Shown here: positions 1 through 9,487 of the stretch, piece by piece
How the letters are laid out: each line of letters begins with the position of its first letter
How positions within the stretch are numbered: position 1 is the first letter of the stretch
Source of the DNA: Candidatus Limnocylindrales bacterium
GTDB taxonomy: Bacteria > Chloroflexota > Limnocylindria > Limnocylindrales > CSP1-4
Assembly: GCA_052144055.1 (NCBI GenBank)
Contig: JBKQRF010000108.1
Coordinates: 1-58,200, forward strand
Length of the DNA stretch: 58,200 nucleotides
Direction: 5' to 3'
Position numbers and translations under genes: made by a program
The notes under the pieces: model-generated
Told to the model about the DNA's origin: nothing
The model's input: the letters and a program-made list of their open reading frames with translations, nothing else
The model's database searches: none

Positions 1-284
1 GCTGAGCCGAAGCCGGCGCAGAAGCGCAGGCGGGCCTGCAGGTAGCCCGACGCGGCGAGCGCCGCGGGGAGGGCCACCAGGAGCCGCGCCAGTGGCGGCG
101 CACCGACGGCGAGGAGCCCACCCCACAGGCTGACCGTCGCCCCGAGTCCGACATGTCCCGCCCGGCGGCGCCGGGCGATCTCGGCGGGGCCGATGTTGCA
201 CACGCCGGGCTGGTATGCGCTGCCTCCGTCGCCGAGGATGCTGATCCCCGGCACAGAGGACTCACCAAACGATGCCTGGACCAT
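1..284 (-). CDS. Hypothetical membrane protein (3' end runs off the window)
   Basis: Not in the ORF track. Manual translation from ATG 284: MVQASFGESSVPGISILGDGGSAYQPGVCNIGPAEIARRRRAGHVGLGATVSLWGGLLAVGAPPLARLLVALPAALAASGYLQARLRFCAGFGS. It has hydrophobic helices and an AAGGAG RBS upstream. Confidence 0.7.
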   Translation of the reverse strand, partial: MVQASFGESSVPGISILGDGGSAYQPGVCNIGPAEIARRRRAGHVGLGATVSLWGGLLAVGAPPLARLLVALPAALAASGYLQARLRFCAGFGS

Positions 285-340
285 GGCGTGCTCCTTGGTG
301 CAGTTGCACGGACGGCCAAGCCCCGCGGCCGGTCTGCAGC

Positions 341-1261
341 TTACCCTACGATCTGCCGCAGTGCGAAGAGCACGTTGGCGGGGCGCTCTGCGAGACGGCG
401 CATGTACCACGGGTACCACGCCGAGCCGTAGGCGATGAGGTCGCGCACCGCGTAGCCCTCCGCTGCGAGTCGGCGCTGCTGTTCGAGGCGGATCCCGTAG
501 AGCATTTGGACCTCAAAGGCTGTGCGCGGGAGGCCGAGTGCGGCGGCATGCACGGCGATCTGTTCGATGAGCGCGACATCGTGCGTGCCGACGCCGATCC
601 GGATAGCGTGCCCGGCAGCCCGAGCCTCCAGCATGGCGACTGCCACGGCCGCGAAGTTGACGTCCACTTCGCGTCGGGTGCGGTAGGCGAGGGACGCGGG
701 CTCGTCGTACGCACCCTTGACGAGCCGGATGGCGGGCTCGAGCGGGAGTAGGCGCTGGATGTCGGCCGCGGTGCGGCGCAGATAGGCCTGCAGGCAAATT
801 CCGGTGTTGGCGTGCGCTGGCTTCAGCCTTTCGTACGACGCGACCGTGCGCTCGGTGTACGGGCTGCCCTCCATGTCGACCCAGACGACCCTGCCGTCCG
901 CTGCCGCGCGGTCGGCTAGGTGCCCCACGTGCGCGAGCGTGCGCGGTTCGTCAATGTCGAACCCGAGCTGGGTCAACTTCACCGAGAGCTCGCCCGGGAT
1001 CCCCCGCACAACGATCTGTTCGAGCATGTCGAGGTAGTGCTGCGCCGTTGCGTCGCCCTCCTCGATTCGCACCACGTTCTCGCCGAGGCGGGTGAAGAGG
1101 GTGCCGATGCCCTGGGCCCGAAAGGCCTCGGCCTGGGCCAGCGCCGCCTCGGGCTCCTCGCCAGGCATGAAGCGGCGGACCGCGCGCCGGGCAAACGGCA
1201 GCCGGGGAATTCGCTCGCGGAGCCAGGTGCTGCGGGCCATCCAGAGCAGCAGGGCGCGCAT
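341..1261 (-). CDS. putB: Monofunctional proline dehydrogenase
   Basis: Motifs RRFMPGE, SVKLTQLG, VDME, LQAYL, IRLVKGAY, FEVQMLYG and WYPWYMRRLAERPAN. Confidence 0.93.
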   Translation of the reverse strand: MRALLLWMARSTWLRERIPRLPFARRAVRRFMPGEEPEAALAQAEAFRAQGIGTLFTRLGENVVRIEEGDATAQHYLDMLEQIVVRGIPGELSVKLTQLGFDIDEPRTLAHVGHLADRAAADGRVVWVDMEGSPYTERTVASYERLKPAHANTGICLQAYLRRTAADIQRLLPLEPAIRLVKGAYDEPASLAYRTRREVDVNFAAVAVAMLEARAAGHAIRIGVGTHDVALIEQIAVHAAALGLPRTAFEVQMLYGIRLEQQRRLAAEGYAVRDLIAYGSAWYPWYMRRLAERPANVLFALRQIVG

Positions 1262-1368
1262 GGTTCCTCCACGGTCGCTGGGGGCGCGGTGAGTGTACGT
1301 TACGCCGGTTGCGGGTTGCCCCAGAATGGAGTGGTGAAGCTACGGAACACGCGCGATCGAGGCCGGTT

Positions 1369-2298
1369 GTGAGCGACACCGCCCACCCCGGCACGCGCCT
1401 ACACGGCACCTGGTACATCCTTCCCACGTCCTTCTCAGACGACGGCTCACTGGACACGCCAAGCCTGGGCCGTCTCGTCGAGGCCGCCATCGGGTGGGGT
1501 GTGGACGGTCTCACCACGATGGGCGTGATGGGCGAGGCCAGCGCCTTGACCGCCGACGAACGCGCGCAGGCGCTGGCAACGGTGGTGGACGCCGCGCACG
1601 GCCGCGTCCCCATCGCAGTCGGGTGCTCAGGACCGAGTCTCTCGATCGTGTGCGCCTTCATCGGGCAGGCGCGCGAGTTCGGTGCCGCGGCTGCGATGGT
1701 GGCGGCGCCGCCGCTGCTGCGCAACGTCGATCTGCTGCCTGGGTTCTACGCGGAGGCGGCGGGGTCCGGCCTGCCGTTGATCATTCAGGATGAACCGGCC
1801 GCGACCAAGGTGCTCATTCCTATGTCGACGCTGCTCGCCTGCGTTGACGCGAGCGGCGCCCGGGCGCTCAAGCTCGAGGATCCTCCGACGCCGCCCAAGA
1901 TCAGCCGGCTGCTGGCCGCGCGCCCGGGCCTTGCGGTGTTCGGCGGGCTTGGCGGCGTGGTTGCCCTGCAGGAGCTGCGGCGCGGCGCCTGCGGGACGAT
2001 GACGGGCTTCGCCTTCCCCGAGATCCTGCGCCGCGTCCGCCTGTGCGTGGAGGCCGGAGATGTCGCGGCTGCTGCACGGTGCTTTGACCGATACCTTCCG
2101 CTCATCCAGTTCGAGTCACAGCCCCTGGTCGGACTCGCCATCCGCAAGGAGGTCCTGCGGCGCCAGGGCGTGCTGGCGTCGAACCGTACCAGGAGCCTCT
2201 TGCCCGCGATCGACGCGGTCACTTCTGCGGAGTTGGACGACGTCCTGGAGCGTGTCGGCATCCGGCCGGGTCCGGCGCCGCTCGAACCATGGACCTAG
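1369..2298 (+). CDS. Dihydrodipicolinate synthase (DapA/NAL) family aldolase/lyase
   Basis: GVMGEA, LTADER, RVPIAVG and the Schiff-base Lys in LKLEDPP. GTG 1369 chosen as start. Confidence 0.85.
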   Translation: MSDTAHPGTRLHGTWYILPTSFSDDGSLDTPSLGRLVEAAIGWGVDGLTTMGVMGEASALTADERAQALATVVDAAHGRVPIAVGCSGPSLSIVCAFIGQAREFGAAAAMVAAPPLLRNVDLLPGFYAEAAGSGLPLIIQDEPAATKVLIPMSTLLACVDASGARALKLEDPPTPPKISRLLAARPGLAVFGGLGGVVALQELRRGACGTMTGFAFPEILRRVRLCVEAGDVAAAARCFDRYLPLIQFESQPLVGLAIRKEVLRRQGVLASNRTRSLLPAIDAVTSAELDDVLERVGIRPGPAPLEPWT

Positions 2299-2465
2299 GA
2301 CGCCCCGGGTCGCGCGGCTGCAGGCTTTGGCCTAATTTCGGCTCGGGGTGCGGCCACCCGGACGAGGTCGGCCGCGTGGCGGCGTTCCTGCCGTCGCCGG
2401 CTGCGCTGTACGTCGAGGCTGTGATCATGGTGGTCGACGGGTGCATGATCCGGTCGCTGCCCTGA
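2289..2465 (+). pseudogene. Internally deleted short-chain dehydrogenase (SDR) remnant
   Basis: 58-aa frame MDLGRPGSRG...GHPDEVGRVAAFLPSPAALYVEAVIMVVDGCMIRSLP. An SDR-like start is joined to a typical SDR C-terminus, with no Rossmann core or YxxxK motif. Confidence 0.65.
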
Positions 2466-2522
2466 TCGGTCGCGACGACGTGTCGTCGCCGGGTCATCGG
2501 ACGCCAGCCAGGAGGAGCGCAG

Positions 2523-3623
2523 GTGAGAGCCGCAAGTCCGCTCGTCGCGGTTGACGTCCACGCCGCAGGCGAACCCGGTCGAGTCGTCATCGGCGGCGTC
2601 CTCGACGTCCCCGGGCAGAGCATGTTCGAAAAGATGACCTACTTCGCGGAGCACCACGACGACATCAGGCTCCGCATGTTGCGCGAGCCGCGCGGCTACC
2701 CCGCGATGTGCTGCAACGTGATCCTGCCACCCACCGACTCCCGGGCCGCCGCCGGCTTCATCATCATGGAGCAGAGCGAGTACCCGCCCATGTCGGGCAG
2801 CAACACGATCTGCGTGGCCACCGTGCTCATCGAGACGGGCATGGTGGCGGTCAGCGAACCCGTCACCGAGTTCGTGCTCGAGGCGCCGGCCGGGCTGGTC
2901 GCGATCCGGGCCGAAGTCGAGGGGGGCAGGGCAAAGCGCATCACCTTCGAGAACGTTCCGGCGCTCGCGCTCGCGCTCGACGTTCAAGTCGAAGTCCCTC
3001 GGCTCGGCACGCTGACGGTGGACATCGCGTACGGCGGCATGACCTACGTGATGGCGGATGCGGCCGCGCTCGGGATGAACCTGGCCCCAGACGAGGCCCG
3101 CGACATCGTGCGGGTCGGCGAGATGATCAGGCAGGCGACCCGCGACCAGCACCCCAGCGCACATCCCGAGAACCCGGCGATCGTCGGTCCCACGATCTCG
3201 ATGTTGTCCCGGCCGCCGAGCGGTGCTCACGCTGACCTGAAAAGCGCGGTCGTCGTCTCTGCAGGCAGTTTCGATTGGGACCGCCCCGACACGTGGGCCG
3301 GCTCGATCGACCGTTCTCCGTGTGGGACAGGGACCTGCGCCAAGATGGCGACCCTGCATGCGCGGGGTCGACTGGGTCTCGGCGAGGACTTTCGCCACGA
3401 GGGCATCCTGGGCACGGTGTTTGTGGGACGGCTGCTGCACGAAACGAACGTCGGGGGCAGGCCGGCCGTGGTTCCCTCGATCAGCGGCACGGCCTGGATC
3501 ACAGGTTTCGCGCGATACGTCCTCGATCCGGACGATCCGTTCCCCGCTGGGTACACCGTCGGCGACTTGTGGGGCGCGGGGAGCGGCCCCGCAGAGCATG
3601 TCGCGCCGGGGCCGCGGGCGTGA
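2523..3623 (+). CDS. Proline racemase superfamily protein (Ser/Cys catalytic pair)
   Basis: DVHAAGEPGRV, LREPRG, YPPMSGSNTIC, DIAYGG and DRSPCGTGT. AGGAGG RBS. Confidence 0.9.
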   Translation: MRAASPLVAVDVHAAGEPGRVVIGGVLDVPGQSMFEKMTYFAEHHDDIRLRMLREPRGYPAMCCNVILPPTDSRAAAGFIIMEQSEYPPMSGSNTICVATVLIETGMVAVSEPVTEFVLEAPAGLVAIRAEVEGGRAKRITFENVPALALALDVQVEVPRLGTLTVDIAYGGMTYVMADAAALGMNLAPDEARDIVRVGEMIRQATRDQHPSAHPENPAIVGPTISMLSRPPSGAHADLKSAVVVSAGSFDWDRPDTWAGSIDRSPCGTGTCAKMATLHARGRLGLGEDFRHEGILGTVFVGRLLHETNVGGRPAVVPSISGTAWITGFARYVLDPDDPFPAGYTVGDLWGAGSGPAEHVAPGPRA

Positions 3624-3669
3624 CTCTCGGTTGCCGGGTCTGGATGGCGCCCCTCCCACGGATGCTGTT

Positions 3670-4599
3670 GTGACGCGGCGCGCGCTCCTGCTCTTCGGCC
3701 TGATGTCGCTGATCTGGGGTATCCCCTACCTGTTCATCCGGGTTGCCGTCGCGGAGATCTCGCCAGCCACGCTAGTGTTCGCCCGCACCGCGATCGCGGC
3801 CCTGGTCCTACTGCCGATCGCGCTCCTGCGCGTCGATCTCCGGCCGGTACTCGTGCGCTGGCGTTGGTTGGTCGCCTTCGCGGCGGTCGAGATCGGCCTG
3901 CCCTGGGTGCTTCTCGGGTCCGCCGAGCAGCGTCTCGCGAGTTCCCTATCTGGGCTGTTGGTGGCGGGCGTGCCGCTTGTCGGAACCGGTATCGCAGCGG
4001 CGACGCGCAGTCGGGAGCGCGTCGGTCGCACTGGTCTGTTCGGACTGCTATTCGGGTTGGCCGGCGTCGCGGCGATCGTCGGCGTCAGCGTCGATGCGTC
4101 GAACGCGACCGCGCTGCTCCAGATGGCAGTGGTGGTCGTCTGCTACGCCGTCGGGCCGGCCATCCTGGCTCGCCGGCTCGGCGGTCTGCCGTCAGTGGGA
4201 GTGATGGCGTTGTCGCTCTCGATCTGCGCCCTCGTGTACGCGCCGATCGCCATCGCTCAGCGACCGGCGGTCGTGCCCAGCGCCGGCGTGCTAGGAGCCA
4301 TCGCGATCCTGGCCGTGGTGTGCACGGCGGTGGCGTTCGTCGTATTCGCGGCGCTCATCGAGGAGGTCGGTCCGGTTCGAGCCACCGTGGTCACCTATGT
4401 CAACCCCGCTGTCGCGGCGGTGCTCGGTGTCGCCGTCCTGAAGGAACCGTTCACCATCCCGATGGGCGCCGGGTTCGGGTTCGTGATCCTGGGTTCGCTG
4501 CTTGCCACGCGGTCGTCGCCCGCCCCAGGGGCGCCTTTCCGAGCAGGTCTCGGGGACGGCCAGCTGGACGCAGCCGAGATGGATACGTCGGGCGGGTAG
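3670..4599 (+). CDS. EamA/DMT family transporter
   Basis: About 10 TM segments; IWGIPYLFIRVAV, FAR and VTYVNPAVAAVLG..E motifs. Confidence 0.88.
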   Translation: MTRRALLLFGLMSLIWGIPYLFIRVAVAEISPATLVFARTAIAALVLLPIALLRVDLRPVLVRWRWLVAFAAVEIGLPWVLLGSAEQRLASSLSGLLVAGVPLVGTGIAAATRSRERVGRTGLFGLLFGLAGVAAIVGVSVDASNATALLQMAVVVVCYAVGPAILARRLGGLPSVGVMALSLSICALVYAPIAIAQRPAVVPSAGVLGAIAILAVVCTAVAFVVFAALIEEVGPVRATVVTYVNPAVAAVLGVAVLKEPFTIPMGAGFGFVILGSLLATRSSPAPGAPFRAGLGDGQLDAAEMDTSGG

Positions 4600-4948
4600 C
4601 CAGCCACGGACGCGACCTGGCCGACGGTGAGCGGACCACGCTCGCGACGGGCTCGCACCTAGCGGCCTCACGCTCGCTGCAGGCCGATCTGCTGAGCGAC
4701 GCCGTGGCGGCCGCGAGCGCGAAGGCGACGATGAGGCGCACGAGCCGGATCAACGGCGTGCCGGACCCGGTGCCGATGGTGAGGCTCCGACTTACGGGGT
4801 GCGCCGGTCACGCTCGTCGCGTCCGGCGCCGGCCTTAGGTCAGTCCAGGGCGTGTGCGCGGTCGGCACCCTCGGGAACTCGCCGAGCCGCGCGTCCGCGT
4901 CCCTCGTACCATCTGCTGAACCGCGCCGGATGCAGGAGGTTCTGTCGC

Positions 4949-6007
4949 ATGGGTGACGAGACGCTCGCCGAGGATGTGTACGACGCGATTCCCAAGGTTG
5001 AGCTGCACTGCCACGTCGAGGGTTGTGTTCGAGCGCAGACGGTACTGGAGCTGGCTCGCAAGGCCGGCCGCGCCCTGTCCGTCGAGGATCCGAGCGAGCT
5101 CTATCGATACAGCTCTCTCGACTCCTTCCTCGCGATCTTCTGGCTGGTGCAGGAAACGCTCGTCGAACCCGCCGACTGGGAGCGTATCGCGTACGAGTCG
5201 CTCGTCGACGCCGTACCCCACGGCCTGCGATACCGCGAGATGTTCTTCACACCCGCGCGGCACCTCGCATCCGGTCAGACCCTCACCGGCATCATAGACG
5301 GCATCACGGCAGGTATCGAGGCAGCCGAGGCGGAGACCGGCGTGCGATGCATGCTCATTGCCGACATGGATCGCGCCTATGGGCCGGTTGCGGGACGCGA
5401 GCTGGTCGAGCAGCTGAGCGAGCTGGCGCACGCGAACCGCGCTGAGCGCGTCATCGGCGTGGGCATGGACTCGACGGAGCTTGGGGTGGATCTCGCCTCG
5501 TTCGCAGAGCCGTTCGCGCTGGCTCGCCGAAACGGGTTCCGCCTGACCGGTCACGCGGGCGAGGCGGTGGGCGTGGGCCCCAGGAACATCCGGGTCGGCC
5601 TCGACGTGCTCAAGCTAGAGCGGATCGACCACGGGATCGCCGTCGCGGAGGATCCGGCGCTCACCCGGCGAATGGCCGGCGACCGCGTCCCGCTGACGGT
5701 GTGCCCTAACAGCAACGTGGTGATCGCGAACCGCTATCGGAGTCTGCGGGACCACCCCTTCCGTGCCATGCGGGAGGCGGGGCTTCTCGCCACGCTCAAT
5801 ACCGACGACCCTGGGATGACCGACCTCGACCTAGGCAAGGAGTACCGCACCGTCGCGGAGGCGCTGGGCTTCGACTTCGACGGCCTTGCCGCCGTCGCCA
5901 CCGACGGCATCGAGGCGAGCTGGCTCGACGACAGCGACCGTCGCGCCCTCCGGCGCGAGTTCTCGGAGGCGCTGGAGCAATTGCGACAGCGGGCACCTAT
6001 GGCCTGA
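4949..6007 (+). CDS. add: Adenosine/adenine deaminase family protein
   Basis: PKVELHCHVEG, HAGE, RIDHG, VCPNSN and NTDDP. AGGAGG before ATG 4949. Confidence 0.88.
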   Translation: MGDETLAEDVYDAIPKVELHCHVEGCVRAQTVLELARKAGRALSVEDPSELYRYSSLDSFLAIFWLVQETLVEPADWERIAYESLVDAVPHGLRYREMFFTPARHLASGQTLTGIIDGITAGIEAAEAETGVRCMLIADMDRAYGPVAGRELVEQLSELAHANRAERVIGVGMDSTELGVDLASFAEPFALARRNGFRLTGHAGEAVGVGPRNIRVGLDVLKLERIDHGIAVAEDPALTRRMAGDRVPLTVCPNSNVVIANRYRSLRDHPFRAMREAGLLATLNTDDPGMTDLDLGKEYRTVAEALGFDFDGLAAVATDGIEASWLDDSDRRALRREFSEALEQLRQRAPMA

Positions 6008-6039
6008 ACCCACCACGGGGCGACACACGGGATTTCGGC

Positions 6040-6065
6040 GACCTGCCGGTCGCCGTCGGCAGGTC
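6040..6065 (+). terminator. Stem-loop downstream of add
   Basis: 9-bp inverted repeat GACCTGCCG/CGGCAGGTC; no strong U tract. Confidence 0.3.
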
Positions 6066-6096
6066 CTGTCGCCGTTCGTGGTCGCTGCCACGTGCC

Positions 6097-7710
6097 ATGA
6101 TGGCCGCCATGGGACGGCTCCCCCGCCTCGCGCTGCTCGCCGCTCTGGGCGGCGGCGTCTTCGTGGCGGGCCTCGAGCTGATGATCACCGCCACCGCGTT
6201 GCCCAGCATCGTCGTGGGCTTGGCCGATTGGACGAGGTTGCGCGAGGCATCGTGGATCGTCAACGGCTACCTAGTCGCGTACGTCGCGATGATGCCGTTG
6301 GCGGGGCGGTTGGCCGACCGGTTCGGCGTGGTCGGACCGTACATGGTCGCCTTGGTCGTCTTCGCCGCCGGCTCGGCGCTGAGCGGCTCAGCGCCGTCAC
6401 TGGAGTGTCTGATCGCGGCGCGGGTGCTTCAGGGGCTTGGGGGCGGCGCGCTCGTCCCGCTCGCGACCGCGGGCGCGAGCCACCTCTTCGACGGCAGGGC
6501 GCGCGCTCGTGCGCTCGGACTCATCGGCGCGCTCACGTTCCTGGGCATGGCGGCCGGTCCATTCGCGGGAGCGGCGATCCTCGGCATCGGCGACCTGCGT
6601 CCGGCGCTCCAGGCCGCGGGGATGCCGGCGTGGCTCGTCTCGGTCACCACGCCAGCGTGGCGATGGGTCTTCTACCTGGACGTCCCCGCGGCGCTGCTGG
6701 CGCTGCTCTATGTGTGGGCCGCCGCGCCCGCGTGGGACGCCCCGCGCACCCGGACGGCTCTGCACGCCACGGCTTTGTTGCTGTTCACAGCGGGCCTCGC
6801 CGGGTCGCTGCTGGCGCTGACCTGGGCAGGGGACGCCCAGGCCCCCGGCGGGCCGCTCGGGCAGGTCGCGCTCGCGATCGGGTCAGTCGTCTCGCTCGCC
6901 TCGGCGCTCGCCATGGGTGCCGCCGTGCGTGATTCTCTGCTGGACCCGCGCCGCTACCTCCAGCCCGTGCTGGGGGGGGCGGTCGCCGTGAGTGCGCTCA
7001 CCGGGTACGCCCTGGCCACCGCGCTGATCGGCGGCGCCGTCTTCGTGGATCGCGTCCTGTACGGAGGGCCGTCGGACCAGCGCGTGGCACTCGGCGCGCT
7101 GGCCGGTGCCATGGCCGTTGGCGCGCTCGTGTCCGGCCTGGCCCTCGGGCGCGTGGGCGTCGTGCGAACCAGCCTCATCGGGCTGGCCGTGTCCGCAGCC
7201 GGCATGGGCGCCCTCGGCCTGACGACCCGCTTCACGCCGCTGGACGAGCTCGCGGCACTCCTCGCCGTCTTCGGGCTGGGATTCGGGCTGACGGTGTCGC
7301 CCCGCTCGATGGTCGCGGTCGAGGCGGCAGGGAGTTCCGCCTTCGGGGTCGCATCGGGGGCGGTGACCGTCGCGCGAATGCTGGGCATGGCCGTAGGGCT
7401 CGCCGTACTAACCGCGTTCGGCTCGAGAAAGATCGAGGCCTTGAGTCGGGCCGTGCAGGACCAGGCCTACCGGAACAGCGTTCTGCCCGCAGCCCTGCGG
7501 GGCCGGCCCCTCGATGACGGGCTGGTGGTGGACGCGCTGGAGCGATGGGCGGCGAGCCAGGGGGCGGCCATCCTCGACGGGCTCTTCCTGGCAGCCGGCG
7601 TAATCACGCTGGCGGCGATCATCCCGGCGCTGGCGATGCGCGGACGGACGCCGTCCGCGCCCCAACCGCCGGATACGACCGCCGAGCGGACCGCGGGCGG
7701 GGTCTATTAG
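6097..7710 (+). CDS. MFS transporter (DHA2-like, ~14 TM)
   Basis: Motif A GRLADRFG, ARVLQGLGGG and WRWVFYL. The start may be ATG 6109. Confidence 0.85.
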   Translation: MMAAMGRLPRLALLAALGGGVFVAGLELMITATALPSIVVGLADWTRLREASWIVNGYLVAYVAMMPLAGRLADRFGVVGPYMVALVVFAAGSALSGSAPSLECLIAARVLQGLGGGALVPLATAGASHLFDGRARARALGLIGALTFLGMAAGPFAGAAILGIGDLRPALQAAGMPAWLVSVTTPAWRWVFYLDVPAALLALLYVWAAAPAWDAPRTRTALHATALLLFTAGLAGSLLALTWAGDAQAPGGPLGQVALAIGSVVSLASALAMGAAVRDSLLDPRRYLQPVLGGAVAVSALTGYALATALIGGAVFVDRVLYGGPSDQRVALGALAGAMAVGALVSGLALGRVGVVRTSLIGLAVSAAGMGALGLTTRFTPLDELAALLAVFGLGFGLTVSPRSMVAVEAAGSSAFGVASGAVTVARMLGMAVGLAVLTAFGSRKIEALSRAVQDQAYRNSVLPAALRGRPLDDGLVVDALERWAASQGAAILDGLFLAAGVITLAAIIPALAMRGRTPSAPQPPDTTAERTAGGVY

Positions 7711-8459
7711 GAGCAGACCTGAGGGTGCGGCGTCGGATGGGACTCAGCGAAAGTCGCGGGCTGCACCAGCGCGAGCGTCGCGACCACTCGGAGCTTGGAG
7801 GACGTGCTGTACGGCCCCTCGCTCGTCTGCAACACGAGTTGCTGCGTCGCGCCGTGTGCCATGGGCGGCGGCGTTACGTCGTTCCAGGGCAGCCCTCGGG
7901 TCACGGTAACGATGCTGTACCAGTAGACCCGGGAGTCGCTCGTGTATACCAGCACGCTGTACCCGATCATCCCGGCGCCGTTGTCGACCTGCGAGTTTGT
8001 CAGTAGCGGCAGGAACATCCCGGCGCGGGCGTGGGCAAAGAGGTATGTCGTGCCGTTGTCCCCCGGCTGCACGTACGTGGGGACCTTCTCAGGCCCGGGC
8101 CAGTACTCGGCGACGTTACATTGCGGGAATGTCTCGTTTGGTTTCGGCCCGATGATCGGCAGGTCGATCTTCAGGGCCGGGATCACCACGCGGGTAGCCA
8201 CCGCGCGCGCTGGCGACGGCGAGGGGGACGGCGAGGACGATGTGGACGGTGTCTGCGCGGACGGCGGGGCGCCCGCCGATAGAGGCGGCCCGCTCGGCCC
8301 AGCGGGCGTCGGGGCCGGCCCTCCGGTGGCCGCACCGAACGGCATGACGTAGGCGAAGAGTCCAGCCGCTAGCAGCGTCACGCCGGCGCCCGTCAGGATC
8401 GAGGAGACCAGGTGGCGTTCGACTTGGCGCAGGAAACGGGTGATTCGACGCTGCTCCAT
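7707..8459 (-). CDS. Sortase-like membrane-anchored protein with Ser at the catalytic Cys position
   Basis: N-terminal TM, Pro/Ser linker, RVVIPALKIDLPI, PGDNGTTYLFAHAR..MF..L and LVLQTS. Confidence 0.7.
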   Translation of the reverse strand: MEQRRITRFLRQVERHLVSSILTGAGVTLLAAGLFAYVMPFGAATGGPAPTPAGPSGPPLSAGAPPSAQTPSTSSSPSPSPSPARAVATRVVIPALKIDLPIIGPKPNETFPQCNVAEYWPGPEKVPTYVQPGDNGTTYLFAHARAGMFLPLLTNSQVDNGAGMIGYSVLVYTSDSRVYWYSIVTVTRGLPWNDVTPPPMAHGATQQLVLQTSEGPYSTSSKLRVVATLALVQPATFAESHPTPHPQVCS

Positions 8460-8524
8460 GGAGGCGGAATCGTAGCAGCAGGCATCCGGCCCGGCGTCCG
8501 GCCTCCCGCGTACACTCGCGAGCG

Positions 8525-9487
8525 ATGCATGTCCCCGCCGCTCCGGCCACCGACTCGACCGCCGCCGACGCGGCGGGAGCGGACGTAGCTGCTCCGGCCA
8601 CCCAAGCTCCGGCCCCGGACGGCGCGTTCTCGGCGCCCGCCCGACGGCTGCTTCTGCCCGGCCGGCAACTCCTCGCGTTGTGCGAACGTGACATGCACCT
8701 GCGGCCGCTGCTGATCGTCAGCGACTTCGACGGCACGCTCGCGCCGATCGTGATGGACCCGTGGGGTGCGACCATCATGCCGGGCGCGCGCCGGGCCCTG
8801 CGGCGCCTCGCAGCCACCCCCGGCGTCCTCGTGGCGGTGCTGTCGGGGAGAACCGCGGCGGACCTTGCCGCTCGCGTGCGGGTCGGGGGCGCGCTCTACC
8901 TCGGAAACCACGGCGTCGAGCGGGCGATGCTGCCGCGCCACGTCCGCGCCGAGATGCTGCGGGTTCCGGAAGATCCCTGGCTCGCGTCGTACATCGGGGA
9001 CGCGAAACGGATGGCCGTCGAGGTGGCGGCGGCAGTCCCGCAGGCTTGGCTGGTGATCGAGCCGAAGGGGCCCGCGGTCGCGTTTCACTTCCGTGCGGCG
9101 CCCGATGTCGCCGACGCACGCCGGCGGGTGATCGAGGCAGTTGACCGGGCGGATCCGGCCGCCCGGCTCTCCCGCCTGTTCGGGCGGCGGGTCGTGGAAC
9201 TGCGCCCTCCGGGCGCGACGTCGAAGCGCGATGCGCTGCGGGAGCTGGTCGAAGAGCGGCACCCCGCCATGACCGTCATGCTGGGCGACGACGACGCCGA
9301 CGCCGAGGCGTTCGTCGTGCTGCGGGAACTGCGCGAAGCGGGCCTGACCCGCGGGCTTGCCGTTGCCGTTCACGCCCATGCTGACATGCCCGATTCGGTG
9401 GTAGCCGCCGCCGACGTGGCGCTTGCCTCCCCCGGCGAAACCGCGCGGTTCCTGGCGGGATTCGCGCGCGCGGTGGCGGGTTCTTAG
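8525..9487 (+). CDS. otsB: Trehalose-6-phosphate phosphatase (HAD IIB)
   Basis: DFDGTLAPI, VLSGR, GNHGVE, VAFHFR, VVELRP..SK and GDD. Confidence 0.88.
   Translation: MHVPAAPATDSTAADAAGADVAAPATQAPAPDGAFSAPARRLLLPGRQLLALCERDMHLRPLLIVSDFDGTLAPIVMDPWGATIMPGARRALRRLAATPGVLVAVLSGRTAADLAARVRVGGALYLGNHGVERAMLPRHVRAEMLRVPEDPWLASYIGDAKRMAVEVAAAVPQAWLVIEPKGPAVAFHFRAAPDVADARRRVIEAVDRADPAARLSRLFGRRVVELRPPGATSKRDALRELVEERHPAMTVMLGDDDADAEAFVVLRELREAGLTRGLAVAVHAHADMPDSVVAAADVALASPGETARFLAGFARAVAGS

Noticed and set aside
4600-4948. Possible small gene or RNA between the EamA gene and add
   Set aside because: One short hydrophobic minus-strand stretch, but no convincing start, RBS or recognisable motif.
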